Assembly (NCBI GenBank): GCA_965140785.1
Contig: OZ223497.1
Span: forward strand, 241,711 to 305,710
Direction of reading: 5' to 3'
Length of the DNA stretch: 64,000 nt
From: an uncultured Ruficoccus sp.
GTDB taxonomy: Bacteria > Verrucomicrobiota > Verrucomicrobiia > Opitutales > Cerasicoccaceae
The notes below the pieces were generated by a model. That model was not told the origin of the DNA. It searched no databases and saw nothing but the letters and a program-made list of their open reading frames with translations. The translations under genes and the position numbers were made by a program. How positions within the stretch are numbered: position 1 is the stretch's first letter; each line of letters begins with the position of its first letter. Shown piece by piece: positions 8,830 through 19,211 of this stretch.

Positions 8830-9924
8830 TTAACTGTCCGCCCGACGGGAGGAAGCAGGCCTGGATGAAACAGGGGGCAGGGCGAGGGAGGCGCGCTGGA
8901 TGGAGCTGAAAGGCGTGACGATCTCTGTATTGTGTGAACCGCGCCGGTGAATCAAGTCCATCAGCAGGCGGACGGCGCTCAGGCCTTGTTGTTGAGGGCT
9001 GGCCCCGACAGTGGTGAGGGGAGGGTCGAACAGGGCCGAGAAATCATAGTCGCCAGCTCCGACCACCGCAATATCTGCGGGGATGCGCAGGCCAGCCTGC
9101 TTGATTGCGTGGAGGGCGCCCAAGGCCATGCCGTCGGTGACGGCGTAGAGCCCGTCAATGCGCTCTCCCTGCTCGATCATGGCCTGCATGGCCTCGACCG
9201 CCGCGGTCTCGGTCAGGCTTTTTGCCACGATCTCCTGCACCGGGGAGCCCAAGCGGGTGGAGACTTGCCGCATGAAGCCATTGATACGAGTGTCTGTCAC
9301 GTGCGTGACGGGGTTGCCGTGGAGCACCGCCAGCCGGCTGCGGCCACAGTCGAGCAGAAGGTCGGCGGCCCGGGAACCGGTTTCGGGATCCTCATACACA
9401 CGCGAATAGCCCGGGATAGAACGGTTCACCAGTACTGCCGGGTAGGGAAGTTGGTTGCGCTGGAGGAATTGGTCGTCCCGGGGCGTGGTATTGGTGATGA
9501 TGGCAGCGTTGAAGTGACTGCCGCTCAGTAAGCCCGGCACCGAGTGCAGATCCCCGGCGGCGAACATTTCGATCGTGACGGTGAAATGATAGGGGCTGCC
9601 GTTCGCGCGCTCCTCGTCCACGCACTGTCGGATGGCCTTGATGATGTGGTTGACCAGGGTCAGGGGCGCTTCGTAACTCGTGATGACGGCCAGGGTGACC
9701 GTGTTGAGTGAATCACTGCCGCTGCGCAGGCGGCGGGCGTTGATGTTCGGCATGTAGCCGAGGCGGGCGGCTGTTTCGCGGACCTTGGCCACCGTCGCCG
9801 GAGATATCCGGCGCTCGGCGTGCTTGTTATTAAGGACGCTCGAGACCGACCCGATGGTCAGCCCCGCTTCCTCCGCAATCATGCGTACGGTGATCCTGTC
9901 CTTGCTTGCACTAGGCTTCTTCAT
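8830..9924 (-). CDS. LacI-family transcriptional regulator
   Basis: HTH ITVRMIAEEAGLTIGSVSSVLN; C-terminal GLRIPADIAVVG..D and PPLTTV. Confidence 0.95.
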   Translation of the reverse strand: MKKPSASKDRITVRMIAEEAGLTIGSVSSVLNNKHAERRISPATVAKVRETAARLGYMPNINARRLRSGSDSLNTVTLAVITSYEAPLTLVNHIIKAIRQCVDEERANGSPYHFTVTIEMFAAGDLHSVPGLLSGSHFNAAIITNTTPRDDQFLQRNQLPYPAVLVNRSIPGYSRVYEDPETGSRAADLLLDCGRSRLAVLHGNPVTHVTDTRINGFMRQVSTRLGSPVQEIVAKSLTETAAVEAMQAMIEQGERIDGLYAVTDGMALGALHAIKQAGLRIPADIAVVGAGDYDFSALFDPPLTTVGASPQQQGLSAVRLLMDLIHRRGSHNTEIVTPFSSIQRASLALPPVSSRPASSRRADS

Positions 9925-10050
9925 GGCTGTGCCTTGATTTGATCATAATCAGCCGGTACTGTGCACAAGGCAATCCACTAACGACAGGAGACCTTCCCTT
10001 CATGGGACGAAATTATCTCCCCGCAACGGTCCGTATGAAACCCGTGGTGT

Positions 10051-11721
10051 TTACGCTTCAGCCATGGTTTTTCTGTATGCGATAAAGTCCTTATGCATAC
10101 GCTGGAAGATCTGGTACTTGGCCTGGTGGTAACGGGCGGTGGCGCCTTGGGTGGGTTTGATGCTTTTACCAACGGCGTTCATGGCGTTCATGGCAGCGAG
10201 GACGGTGTTGTGGGTGCCGGCAGCGACCGAGCCGAGGACGGCTCCCCCGAGCAGAACGGCTTCGGGCTCCTGGGGGAGAATCAGCGTGCAGCCGGTGATG
10301 TCGGCATGCTCGCGCATGAAGACCCGGTTTTTCGTGCCACCCCCGCAGATAAAAAGGGTGTTGATGGCATAGCCTTTCTGGTTGAGCGCCTCAAGGATGT
10401 GGCGGGTGCCATAGGCGACGGCCTGAATGGTGGCCAAGTACTGGCGAGCGAGGTCGTCGCGGGTGGCCGAGAGGGTTAGACCGCTGATCATGCCCTTGAG
10501 TGTGGCGTCGGCGCGGGGCGAGCGGTTGCCGTGGAAGTCAGGCTGGATGTGCAGCTCGCGGGTCACCTCGGCGGGGAAACGGCAGCCTTCGGCTTCAGCC
10601 AGGGCATCGGCATGATCGTTGAGCAGGTCGAAGATGCTTCGACCGCTCTTGTCGGCATCGGCCTGAAGCGCGGGCGTGGCCGGGTGGTTAAAAATAACGT
10701 GGTCGATGAGGGCGCCTACGGCGGACTGGCCGCCCTCGGTCAGCCACAGGCCGGGGACCATGGCCGAGAAGTACGGACCCCAGACACCCTTGATGTAACG
10801 GGGCTCGGGGGAGACGGCCATATGGCAGGAAGAGGTGCCGCCGATCAGTGCCAAGCGCCTGTTCAAGGTGGCCGGGCCAACCTTTTGTTTGCCCAGCTTG
10901 GCCCCGAGCAGCCCGAGGCCGCCGGCGTGTGCGTCGATGATCGAGACACCCACGGGCGTGCCCTCGGCCAGGCCGAGAGCTTTGGCTGCGGCGGCGCTGA
11001 GGCCGTTGCCCACCGGCTCGCCCATGGGGCGCACGCGGGTGCCGATGCGCTTGAAATTCTCCTTCACGAAGTCGCCCAAGCCGATGCTTTCAAAGTATGC
11101 TTTATCCCAGCCGGCACCGTCGAGGCCCTGATGACCAAGGTAGGTCCACTTGCACACGAGCGAACACAGCGAGCGGGTTGTCTCGCCGGTGGCGCGGTAG
11201 GTCAGGTAGTCCGGCAAATCAAAAAAGTGTGCGGCTCGCTTCCAGGCTTGAGGCAGGTTTTCCTTAACCCAAAGCAGCTTCGGGGTCTGCATCTCGGGCG
11301 AGATGACCCCGCCGACGTAGCGCAGGACCTTATGCTTGCCGCGGTTGATGCGCGCGGTTTGCTCCAGAGCGCGGTGGTCCATCCATACGATTACGTTCTG
11401 CTCGTCAGAGCCGGTGGGGCTGAGCGAGACCGGGGCGCCCTCCGCATCGATCGCAACCAGCGAGCAGGTGGCATCGAATCCGATTCCGGCTACCTGTCCG
11501 GGCTTGGCCCCGGCCTGCTTCAAGGCGGCGCGGGTAGCCGTGCAACAGGCCTGCCAAATGGCCTCCGAGGACTGCTCCACGAAGTCCGGCTTGGGCTTCC
11601 ACATCGGGATGTCTTGTTTGGCGCTGGCGAGCATCTGCCCCCCCGCTGTGAAAAGTCCGGCACGTGCGCTGCCGGTGCCGACATCGATACCAAGGAAAAG
11701 GGAAGAGGGAGACTTCTTCAT
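10051..11721 (-). CDS. FGGY-family pentulose (D-ribulokinase-like) carbohydrate kinase
   Basis: [52 protein letters not shown] motifs. Confidence 0.93.
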   Translation of the reverse strand: MKKSPSSLFLGIDVGTGSARAGLFTAGGQMLASAKQDIPMWKPKPDFVEQSSEAIWQACCTATRAALKQAGAKPGQVAGIGFDATCSLVAIDAEGAPVSLSPTGSDEQNVIVWMDHRALEQTARINRGKHKVLRYVGGVISPEMQTPKLLWVKENLPQAWKRAAHFFDLPDYLTYRATGETTRSLCSLVCKWTYLGHQGLDGAGWDKAYFESIGLGDFVKENFKRIGTRVRPMGEPVGNGLSAAAAKALGLAEGTPVGVSIIDAHAGGLGLLGAKLGKQKVGPATLNRRLALIGGTSSCHMAVSPEPRYIKGVWGPYFSAMVPGLWLTEGGQSAVGALIDHVIFNHPATPALQADADKSGRSIFDLLNDHADALAEAEGCRFPAEVTRELHIQPDFHGNRSPRADATLKGMISGLTLSATRDDLARQYLATIQAVAYGTRHILEALNQKGYAINTLFICGGGTKNRVFMREHADITGCTLILPQEPEAVLLGGAVLGSVAAGTHNTVLAAMNAMNAVGKSIKPTQGATARYHQAKYQIFQRMHKDFIAYRKTMAEA

Positions 11722-11999
11722 CAGGTTATTCTTGAATAAGACAAAGTATGTTCAGGGTGCGAAAAACGATGCCCCAGTAACGCCAGTAGCCGTTAGTAAT
11801 GAAGCGCCGTCTTGGTGGTGTCCAGTGGCACCTTATCAATGCAGTCGAGATGGGGAATTATCAGTAGTAGCGAAGATTAAGAGACGATAAGCGCGGTATG
11901 ACTCAAGGTACTTTGACGAGTATTTCTGTATATTGCGAATCATTGGCGTGGAAGTGAGGTTTTGCCAAGGACAAACGTTTTTTCAAAAGATTTTTGTTT

Positions 12000-12340
12000 G
12001 GCACCTGTGGATATCGAAAGAGGCGCTCTGTGCCGGGGCTGGCCTGGATGGAGAGAAGCGGGGGCCGTAACTGTGTTTTTCGCCGAACATGGCAAGTGCA
12101 GCATGCTCCCGGCCATCGAGCATATGGCAATGGTTCGCACGCGGGAGTGGAAACTGGTCGGCCTATGCGGATCGGGAGTATGGCGAGCTTTACAACATGA
12201 CGAGATATCCCCAGAAAGTGGACAACCATTGGGCCGAGCGGCTATCCCGCGTGAGCTTGAGGAGAGCCTGGTGGAGCATCAGTGCGACCCGGTTCCGGCA
12301 TGCTGACTGGAGGCTTCGTGGGCACGCTTCTGCACGATGA
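12000..12340 (+). pseudogene. Remnant of a sulfatase C-terminal region
   Basis: Adjacent frames encode VFFAEHG...MVRTREWKLV and YGELYNMTRYPQKVDNHW, resembling the sulfatase tail (MVRT..WKL / GELYDL..DP.E..NL). No N-terminal part or CxPxR motif is present; boundaries approximate. Confidence 0.65.
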
Positions 12341-12462
12341 ACGCGAGGATGACCGGGAGCAGAGAGTTGCGAGGCTTTCTTTACGCTCTAACGTGCCATA
12401 CCCAGACAACCCCCGCGCTGGTTTTGAAATGAATCAAGACCAGCGCGGGGAGGGGTATGCCG

Positions 12463-15400
12463 TTACTCGACGGCAAAGTTCTGCGTAACGCTGATCATTT
12501 TCTTGGGCGGCACGGTCATGACGCCAGAGACATTGGCGGCGGCGACGCTGCCGTCGGCGCCGAGCCGGTCGAAGACCGCATAGCGGGTTTCCCAGCCGGG
12601 GTTGAAGGCGATGAAAGTCGTCTCCACCGAGTCGCCGCTTTCGGAGAGTTTGGAGAAGCTCGCCAGCATGAGGATGGAGCCGTCGTCGTCCGTGCCGCCG
12701 CTGTCGGTGGCGCGCCCAAGATAGGTCCAGTCCGGCGTGCCGTAGGCATCGAGTGCGTGCAGGAAGTGGAGCATCGAGGTCGCCGAAAAGGCGGGCTGGT
12801 GCGGGACTTCGCGCCCGGCCGCTCCGTTGAGGGAGGCCCAGCTCGCCCAGACGCGGTCCACATACGGGTCCGGCCCGTCGGGGTCGAGGGCGGTGCCCGC
12901 CGCGTCCAGCGGCTCGTCGCCGGGGTTGTAGGGGACACCGGAGAGGGCGGAGGTCATAGCCATGGCCAACCAGTTGCCCGGCTGGTACAGGGCGGAGTCG
13001 CGCGCCGCGCGCCACTCCTCACGCATCATGGCTCCGGCCCACTTGCGCATGTAGCCGGAGTTGCGGGAGATGCCCAGGGTCCACGCGGTGGGCGGGTAGG
13101 CGATGATGAACTTCGAGCCCGTCGGGTAGGCGTAGAAGAAGTTGTTCAGCGTGGGGCCGAACTTGCGGTAGAGGGAGACCCCAGGCGAGGCCTCACCGCC
13201 GAAGTACGGCTCGGACTTGTAGAAGGCCTCGTGCGCGCCGTCGTTATAGGTGGAGTTGGGCGGATAGGAGTTGTTGCCGCCGTTGTTGGGTATGCTGGAG
13301 GAGGCAACGGTGGTGACCGGAATCCACGAGTACTGGTTGAGCGTGTCGTTGTCGGAGAGGTTGTAGTTCTTGTCCTGGAAGTACAGGTCGCTGGTGGCCA
13401 TGCCCGTGGCGAGCATGTACAGGCCCACGTCCACGAGGGGTTTGCGGTCCGTGCCCGCGCCCCAGAGAATGGCAGCACTGTAGGCCTGAAGCCCTTCCCA
13501 GGTGGAGTTCTCGTTCTCGTCCCCGAAGCCGAAGTTACCCGTGCCGGAGCTGACGGCGACGCTCCAAGGGGTGGCCGGGTCGCGCAGGCCGGCGGGGCCG
13601 GGCGGGATGCCGGTAGCCCAGCCGTGGCCGTTCCACTGGTCGAAGAAGGGTAGCTTCTGGTAGGTGAACTCGCTGACCTCGTAGATGTCGTTGAGCAGGG
13701 ATGAGTTGTCCGGGTCGTAGGCGACGGAGAGGTACCACTGCTCCATCGCGGTGCCCATCTGGCCCGGCGAGGCCCACAGGTCGTTGGGCTTGCCGGAGAT
13801 GCTCTCGTCCCACGAGTGGTCGAAGATCGCGGCCCAGCCGGCCACACCGAGGTAGTAGCCGAAGAAATAGTGCTGGTCATTCCACTGATCGGAGACCCCG
13901 AAACCGCTCCAGAGCTTACCCGGCTTCCAGGCGCTGAGGCCGGTCTTGCCCGCGTTGTCCGGCGGGTTAGCGGGCGGATTGTGGATGGAGCTGACCACAC
14001 CGTAGACGGGGATTGTCGCGGTCGGGTTGATCAGGATGCGCCCGACGTTGGTGTCGTAGAGCGTGAAGTAGTCCATCTGCCAGGTCTGGCTCAGCTCGCC
14101 CGGCGCCAGGTTCTCGGTCGGGTTGTTATGGTAGGTCGGGTCCTGTTGCAGGATGCTGAGCGTGCGCTGCATCATTTGCACCGAGCTTTGGAGCGCACCC
14201 CGCAGCGTGAAGAGCGGGTTGTGCTCGCGCAGGATGGGCAAGCCGCGCTCGTAGGTGTAGGGCTCCTCGGTCCGGAAGACTGTGTTGCCCAGATTGTAGG
14301 CCCACGTGCTTGGGTTGACCGAAGGCTTATCCTCGCTGGCGTAGTGCTGCTGGAGCTGGTAGAGGACATTGACGGACTTGGTGGTGGCCGAGAGCTGGTT
14401 GCCGAGGCCGTAGCCGTCGGGGGCGCTGGCCCCCCCAAAGGCCCCGCCGAAGGGCCGGACCGGGTCGAGCATGCCGCCGGTGTAGTCGGCGATGATGTTG
14501 TCGTACAACACCTGCTCGACCTTGATTCGTGTCGGCACAGCCTGCGTGACGAAGCCCTTCCCCTGCGACTGGGGCGAGAGCATCTGCCGGTTTTCCACGT
14601 CGAAGTATTTCAGGTAAAGCCGTCCGGTGGCGTCGGAGGTCTCGCCGTCGGAGTCGGGGAGGTAGCCGCGCTGGTCGATGGTGCCGGTGCCGTTGTTGCG
14701 GATGAAGGGGGTTTCCAGGCCGCCGCTGCCGTCGGCGGTGGCGTAGATCTCCGCGAAGGGGCCGCGGGGCGGAGCCGCGTCCGTGCTGGGAATGCCACGC
14801 GCGGGGTCGACCAGTTGCAGGACTTCCGAGGAAGAGTAGCCGCTGCCGCCGGTGAGCACGTCGATGGAGGCGAGGGTGCCGTCCGGGGCGATGTTGACCT
14901 GGAAGGTCGCCCCCGTACCGGCTGAGTTGACAACAGCCCCGACCGCGCCGGGCGTGACCGGGTAGTTCGAGCCGGGGCGGACGACGTCGATGCTGGCGAT
15001 GGAGGTGTCCTCGGCGACGTTGACCCGGGTGGCCGCGTCGTGGCCGCGTCCACCGCGCACCTGGAACAGGGCCAGCCCCCAGAAGCCGGAGCCATTGTTG
15101 CCGTTTTTGAAGCCGTTGAGTACGAGCTTGCCGCTGCTGTCCACGCTCCAGTCGAACTCGGGCATCTCGAAGGTGCCCTCACCCGAACCGGGTCCGACGC
15201 TGCCGCCGGTGATAACCAGCTCGACCGGCTGGTCATAGACGGCGGTGGAGGCGCCGCTGCTGAGGGTTGCGTCCGCAATGGAGGCGCCGGGGTAGGCGTA
15301 GGCGATGCAGGGGGTGGTGGCGGTGCCGCCCTCGAACTGGATCTGCTTGCGCGTGCTCAGGGCCGAGCTCTGAGCCTCGCCCAGGTCGATCTTGCGGATC

Positions 15401-18400
15401 TGTCCCCCAACAAAGGAACCATCCGCGATCTTGCACTCGATGCGCTGGTCGAGGTCGTTGATGTAGTACGCCCCAGTGGGCTGTACACTGTACTCGCCGG
15501 GGTCTTCGATCAGGATGCCGAAGAGGTTGTTCGTGGCGGCCATGTTCAGCTCGATCTGCGGGGCGGTGCCACCGCCGGAGGGCGGGGGTACTTCGACCAG
15601 GATGTTGGCGGCGGTGTCTTCGAGGCTGTCATTGATCAGCGGATACAGGCCCGCGTTGTCAAAGCCTCCGATACTGGTGCGGTTGATGCCGTAAACCTCG
15701 CCGGGCTTGACCACTTGGACCTGCGCGCCGGAGCCGTTGCCGTCTAGTACGGCGTTGATGGGCTGGTCGAAGTCGTAGCCCGAGCCGCCGGTGATGACGC
15801 TGGCCGGGCCGGCGACCACGTTGTTGGAGGAGTCAAAGACGGGCACGACGATGGCCGGATCAACCTTCGGGTTGCCCGGCTGAGTGATCTGCACGGTGCT
15901 GCGGTAGCCCGAGCCCTTGTCGTTCATGAACACGGCCAGCACGCGACCTTCGCCGTCGGTCTGGACGCGGGCCTTGGCCTGGGTGCCGCCGGGGAGCGAG
16001 GGCGGTGAGATGACGAACTCGGCTTCGGTATCGGAGGGCGGGTTACCGACGGGATAACCGCTGCCGGGGTTGACGACATCGACCTGAAGGATGCGCCCGG
16101 TGTTGGGCTCGAGCAGCACCTGGAAGTCGGCTCCGGAGCCGTGGCCGCCGGGGCGCAGGTCGGTCAGGGTGGCGGTGGGCTGGTCGGTCACACGGGTGTA
16201 GCCGTCCACGTCCGAGAGGAGCACGACCTGGATACCGGTCTGCTCGTAGCTATCCTCCCACTTGGGCTCGGGCATGGAGGGGAGGAAATTCTGGAACAGA
16301 TACTCCGTGGTGAAGGAACCGGTGATGACCGACTTCAAGTTACCGCGCGGGTGCCAGTAGTCCCAGCGCGAGGGCGCGGAGGGGTCGCTTTTATTCGCAT
16401 TGGGCGGGCCGCTCACAGCCGGGAAGTCGATTCCGGGAGTTTTAAGGGGATTCCAGACTACCTCTTCGCCGGAAGCTTTGGTCAGGTCCGGCCCAAGCGT
16501 GTAGGGCTGGTAATGGTGCGGGAAGAGCGTCATCACGGTCTTGGAGTCGTCCGCGACCATGCCGGTGGCGGTGGCGTCCCCGGCCTCGACGAATGGGTTC
16601 TGAAAGGCGGCGTCGAAGTGTGTGGTGACCTTGTACATGTTGGTCACCGAATAGCGCACATCGGTGTCGGTGAGGAAGTTGAAGGCGTACTTGCCCATCT
16701 CGTCGGCCCAGTCGCGGGCAGCTTGATCGAGCACGGACTTGGCGTCGCGGGTAACGTCGGTGTGGTAGTAGCGCATGACGGGGACCTGCCCGACCACGAA
16801 CCAGTTTTTGCCCGTGCCGTTGAAGCCCTCCTCAGCGAACTTTAAATAAAAGTACGGGTTGCCCTGGGCGTCGGTGCCGGAGTTGGCGGCAGTGACGGTT
16901 TCAACCGTGCCGGTGCGGAAGAAGACCGCGAAGTAGGTATGGTTGTCCTGAGCGCCCGGCGGGTTGAAGCCGCCCGGCTGCACGTTCTGCGGCTGGGTTG
17001 TCGCATCGGGCAGGTAGCCGAATTGCGGGCCGTTCTCCAGAAACCACTGGTTCGGGTTGGTCTGGTCGCCGTAGAGCAGCACGTAGCTCACGCCCGTGAC
17101 GCCGGGAACGGCGCGAACTCCGCCGGCATCCTCCGGATCTACCGTCCCGGCGTTGGTGCCGGTGGTATTGTCGAGGGAGCCCTCCAGGTTTTGGCGGATG
17201 AGATCGTAAAAGATCATGTAGCGGTCGCTGTCACCGGGAGCGGTCTGGTTCGCGCTCAGCTCGCACCAGACAAAGGGAGAGCCCTGTGCGACGGTCATCT
17301 TCAGGTAATTACCGCGTGCCGGCTGGCCGAAGGCTGTGCGTCGGTACCGGTAGTTGTCATACGCGGAGATGCTGGGGTTCGAGCCTTCCCAGACCAAGTC
17401 GGCGTGCCAGTCGCCCATCTCGTCCGTGAGGATGGCAAAGGGCGTCTGCTGCTGGGGCTGAAGGTTGGAATTGAAGACCGGGTAGGGGAAGGGCTGGTAG
17501 CTGGGTTCAAGCGCGGTGCCGACATTGTTCCAGGCCTCGTGGTCGAGCATCTGGGAGGGAGGGACGACGGAGGGAACGAGCACGAGTGTCTCCAGCGGAC
17601 GTACCTGCACGCGCAGCCAGGACTCGCGCCAGTAGTCGGGGAAAGTATCCCCGCTGCCGAAGTCGATGCGGTCGCCATACTGGTAGAAGAACGGGTAGTT
17701 CGGCGAGAGGTTGACCCCGCGGACGATTTTCTTGTCCTGCCAGTACTTGGCCTCACCGGGGAATTCCTTCATCGGCTCGGTCACATAGCCGAACTTGCCG
17801 GGGGCCCAATTGTAGTTCAGGCGAAGGGGTTGCATATAGAGCGGCTGTTGGTCCACGCGCACCGGTGTCCACGCGCCGTTGTCCACGCCGTCGTCGGGCT
17901 CATACTGCCACACGTAGAAATCCCAAGGGGTTACGCTATTGTCGTTGGGGTCCTTGTAGGGGTAGCCGGCCTCGTGTCCGGGCGGGGGTGTGCCGTTGCC
18001 CCACAGGAACCACCCCATCCAGCTCCGGCGCGGCGGTTGGGAGCGCTGTGAGGTATAGTCGTTGAGCAGATTCTGGGTGAAGGAAACCTGCTCCGCACCT
18101 ACGGCCTTGGGATACTTGCTGTCCTGCGGCGTGTCGTCGGTGTCGCTGACGGCGGGGTTGATCTGGTAAATGTAGGCTTCGTCCATGGCGGGAATCCCGT
18201 CCCAGGCATCGCCTGCGTTGACCCCGACGAGGACCTTGGCCGCCAGTTCCGGGTTGTAAGGAACATCGAAATTGAGCCGGTAGAAATACTGCTGGCCGGT
18301 GGGCAGGGGAGGCGAGATCGGCTGGCGGTAGATGAGGACGTTGGGGTCCTCCGGATCAATCTGCCCCGAAGCGGTGATCGTGACATCCTGCCATGAATCG

Positions 18401-18729
18401 CTTTCCAGCGTGCCTGAGCGTTCCAGCTTGTACTGGACGCCGCTGTCCAGGTCGTTCCGCAGGCGAAAGACCACGACCTGGCCGGAACCGTTTCTCTCCA
18501 TCGCCGGGCCGACCCCGGCGGGAATGTCCACACTGAGCGGGTCGGTCCCGAAGATATACTCCAGCGCGTTGACGTACTTGTCCTTGTCCGGATTCATCAG
18601 CGGGCCCTCATCGCCGATGGGGAAGGCAAAGCCCGAGAGCCACTCTTCGTAGGTGATCGCTTTTGCCGGGGAAGTCAGAAGCAGCGCGCCTGTGAACGCT
18701 GCTAACGAAGCAGTGAATAGTTTATTCAT
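12463..18729 (-). CDS. 2088-aa secreted multidomain protein; GH81 (endo-1,3-beta-glucanase)-like with inserted GSGY-repeat region
   Basis: Signal peptide; GH81-like motifs MTVAQGSPFVW, TLFPHHY, WNDQHYFFGYY, FFDQWNGHGWATG, NENSTWEG; central repeats of the type IDV..GGSGY. Confidence 0.7.
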   Translation of the reverse strand: MNKLFTASLAAFTGALLLTSPAKAITYEEWLSGFAFPIGDEGPLMNPDKDKYVNALEYIFGTDPLSVDIPAGVGPAMERNGSGQVVVFRLRNDLDSGVQYKLERSGTLESDSWQDVTITASGQIDPEDPNVLIYRQPISPPLPTGQQYFYRLNFDVPYNPELAAKVLVGVNAGDAWDGIPAMDEAYIYQINPAVSDTDDTPQDSKYPKAVGAEQVSFTQNLLNDYTSQRSQPPRRSWMGWFLWGNGTPPPGHEAGYPYKDPNDNSVTPWDFYVWQYEPDDGVDNGAWTPVRVDQQPLYMQPLRLNYNWAPGKFGYVTEPMKEFPGEAKYWQDKKIVRGVNLSPNYPFFYQYGDRIDFGSGDTFPDYWRESWLRVQVRPLETLVLVPSVVPPSQMLDHEAWNNVGTALEPSYQPFPYPVFNSNLQPQQQTPFAILTDEMGDWHADLVWEGSNPSISAYDNYRYRRTAFGQPARGNYLKMTVAQGSPFVWCELSANQTAPGDSDRYMIFYDLIRQNLEGSLDNTTGTNAGTVDPEDAGGVRAVPGVTGVSYVLLYGDQTNPNQWFLENGPQFGYLPDATTQPQNVQPGGFNPPGAQDNHTYFAVFFRTGTVETVTAANSGTDAQGNPYFYLKFAEEGFNGTGKNWFVVGQVPVMRYYHTDVTRDAKSVLDQAARDWADEMGKYAFNFLTDTDVRYSVTNMYKVTTHFDAAFQNPFVEAGDATATGMVADDSKTVMTLFPHHYQPYTLGPDLTKASGEEVVWNPLKTPGIDFPAVSGPPNANKSDPSAPSRWDYWHPRGNLKSVITGSFTTEYLFQNFLPSMPEPKWEDSYEQTGIQVVLLSDVDGYTRVTDQPTATLTDLRPGGHGSGADFQVLLEPNTGRILQVDVVNPGSGYPVGNPPSDTEAEFVISPPSLPGGTQAKARVQTDGEGRVLAVFMNDKGSGYRSTVQITQPGNPKVDPAIVVPVFDSSNNVVAGPASVITGGSGYDFDQPINAVLDGNGSGAQVQVVKPGEVYGINRTSIGGFDNAGLYPLINDSLEDTAANILVEVPPPSGGGTAPQIELNMAATNNLFGILIEDPGEYSVQPTGAYYINDLDQRIECKIADGSFVGGQIRKIDLGEAQSSALSTRKQIQFEGGTATTPCIAYAYPGASIADATLSSGASTAVYDQPVELVITGGSVGPGSGEGTFEMPEFDWSVDSSGKLVLNGFKNGNNGSGFWGLALFQVRGGRGHDAATRVNVAEDTSIASIDVVRPGSNYPVTPGAVGAVVNSAGTGATFQVNIAPDGTLASIDVLTGGSGYSSSEVLQLVDPARGIPSTDAAPPRGPFAEIYATADGSGGLETPFIRNNGTGTIDQRGYLPDSDGETSDATGRLYLKYFDVENRQMLSPQSQGKGFVTQAVPTRIKVEQVLYDNIIADYTGGMLDPVRPFGGAFGGASAPDGYGLGNQLSATTKSVNVLYQLQQHYASEDKPSVNPSTWAYNLGNTVFRTEEPYTYERGLPILREHNPLFTLRGALQSSVQMMQRTLSILQQDPTYHNNPTENLAPGELSQTWQMDYFTLYDTNVGRILINPTATIPVYGVVSSIHNPPANPPDNAGKTGLSAWKPGKLWSGFGVSDQWNDQHYFFGYYLGVAGWAAIFDHSWDESISGKPNDLWASPGQMGTAMEQWYLSVAYDPDNSSLLNDIYEVSEFTYQKLPFFDQWNGHGWATGIPPGPAGLRDPATPWSVAVSSGTGNFGFGDENENSTWEGLQAYSAAILWGAGTDRKPLVDVGLYMLATGMATSDLYFQDKNYNLSDNDTLNQYSWIPVTTVASSSIPNNGGNNSYPPNSTYNDGAHEAFYKSEPYFGGEASPGVSLYRKFGPTLNNFFYAYPTGSKFIIAYPPTAWTLGISRNSGYMRKWAGAMMREEWRAARDSALYQPGNWLAMAMTSALSGVPYNPGDEPLDAAGTALDPDGPDPYVDRVWASWASLNGAAGREVPHQPAFSATSMLHFLHALDAYGTPDWTYLGRATDSGGTDDDGSILMLASFSKLSESGDSVETTFIAFNPGWETRYAVFDRLGADGSVAAANVSGVMTVPPKKMISVTQNFAVE

Positions 18730-19211
18730 GATGAAAAGAGTAATATGTCAGAGAGCCGCCTGAATAACGGCGTGGGGGGGGGGACAGAAATCGTGCAAGT
18801 TCTGACTGGTATTCTTCGGATGAGATATCGGGTTGCTTAAGCCGATGTGCCTGTTTCGGACTGCACTTAATTCGTGGATGACCCGAGAGCTGCCCAAAGT
18901 CTTTCCATACAGCCGCTAGCCATTTGTCCTCTCATTCGTAAAACGCCACTGGAATTGGAGAAAATCATGCATGGCCGTGTAGTAGAAGTTATCAATCCCA
19001 TAAGGATAAATGAAGGATGTAGGGGATGGAATAGGGGCTATGCCATAGGATGAGATAGGGTGTTCTGCTCAATGGAATCCGCAGGCAGAATCAGAAGTGA
19101 CGGTAGGGTTATTTGAAATCAGTTGGAGGTGCGCTTACGGATACTCTCGGCTATTTGCCTGGAGACTCAGGTGGTTGACAGCATTCTGGGAGGCAATCAT
19201 GGTTTTGAATC

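Noticed and set aside
10531..18051. Long antisense ORFs such as 10531-11739, 12457-13653, 13816-14925 and 16939-18051
   Set aside because: They shadow well-supported genes on the opposite strand in GC-rich DNA and carry no recognisable motifs.
12463..18729. Prophage or tailocin suggested by the phage-like GSGY repeats
   Set aside because: No other phage genes nearby, and the protein has a signal peptide and glycosidase-like motifs.
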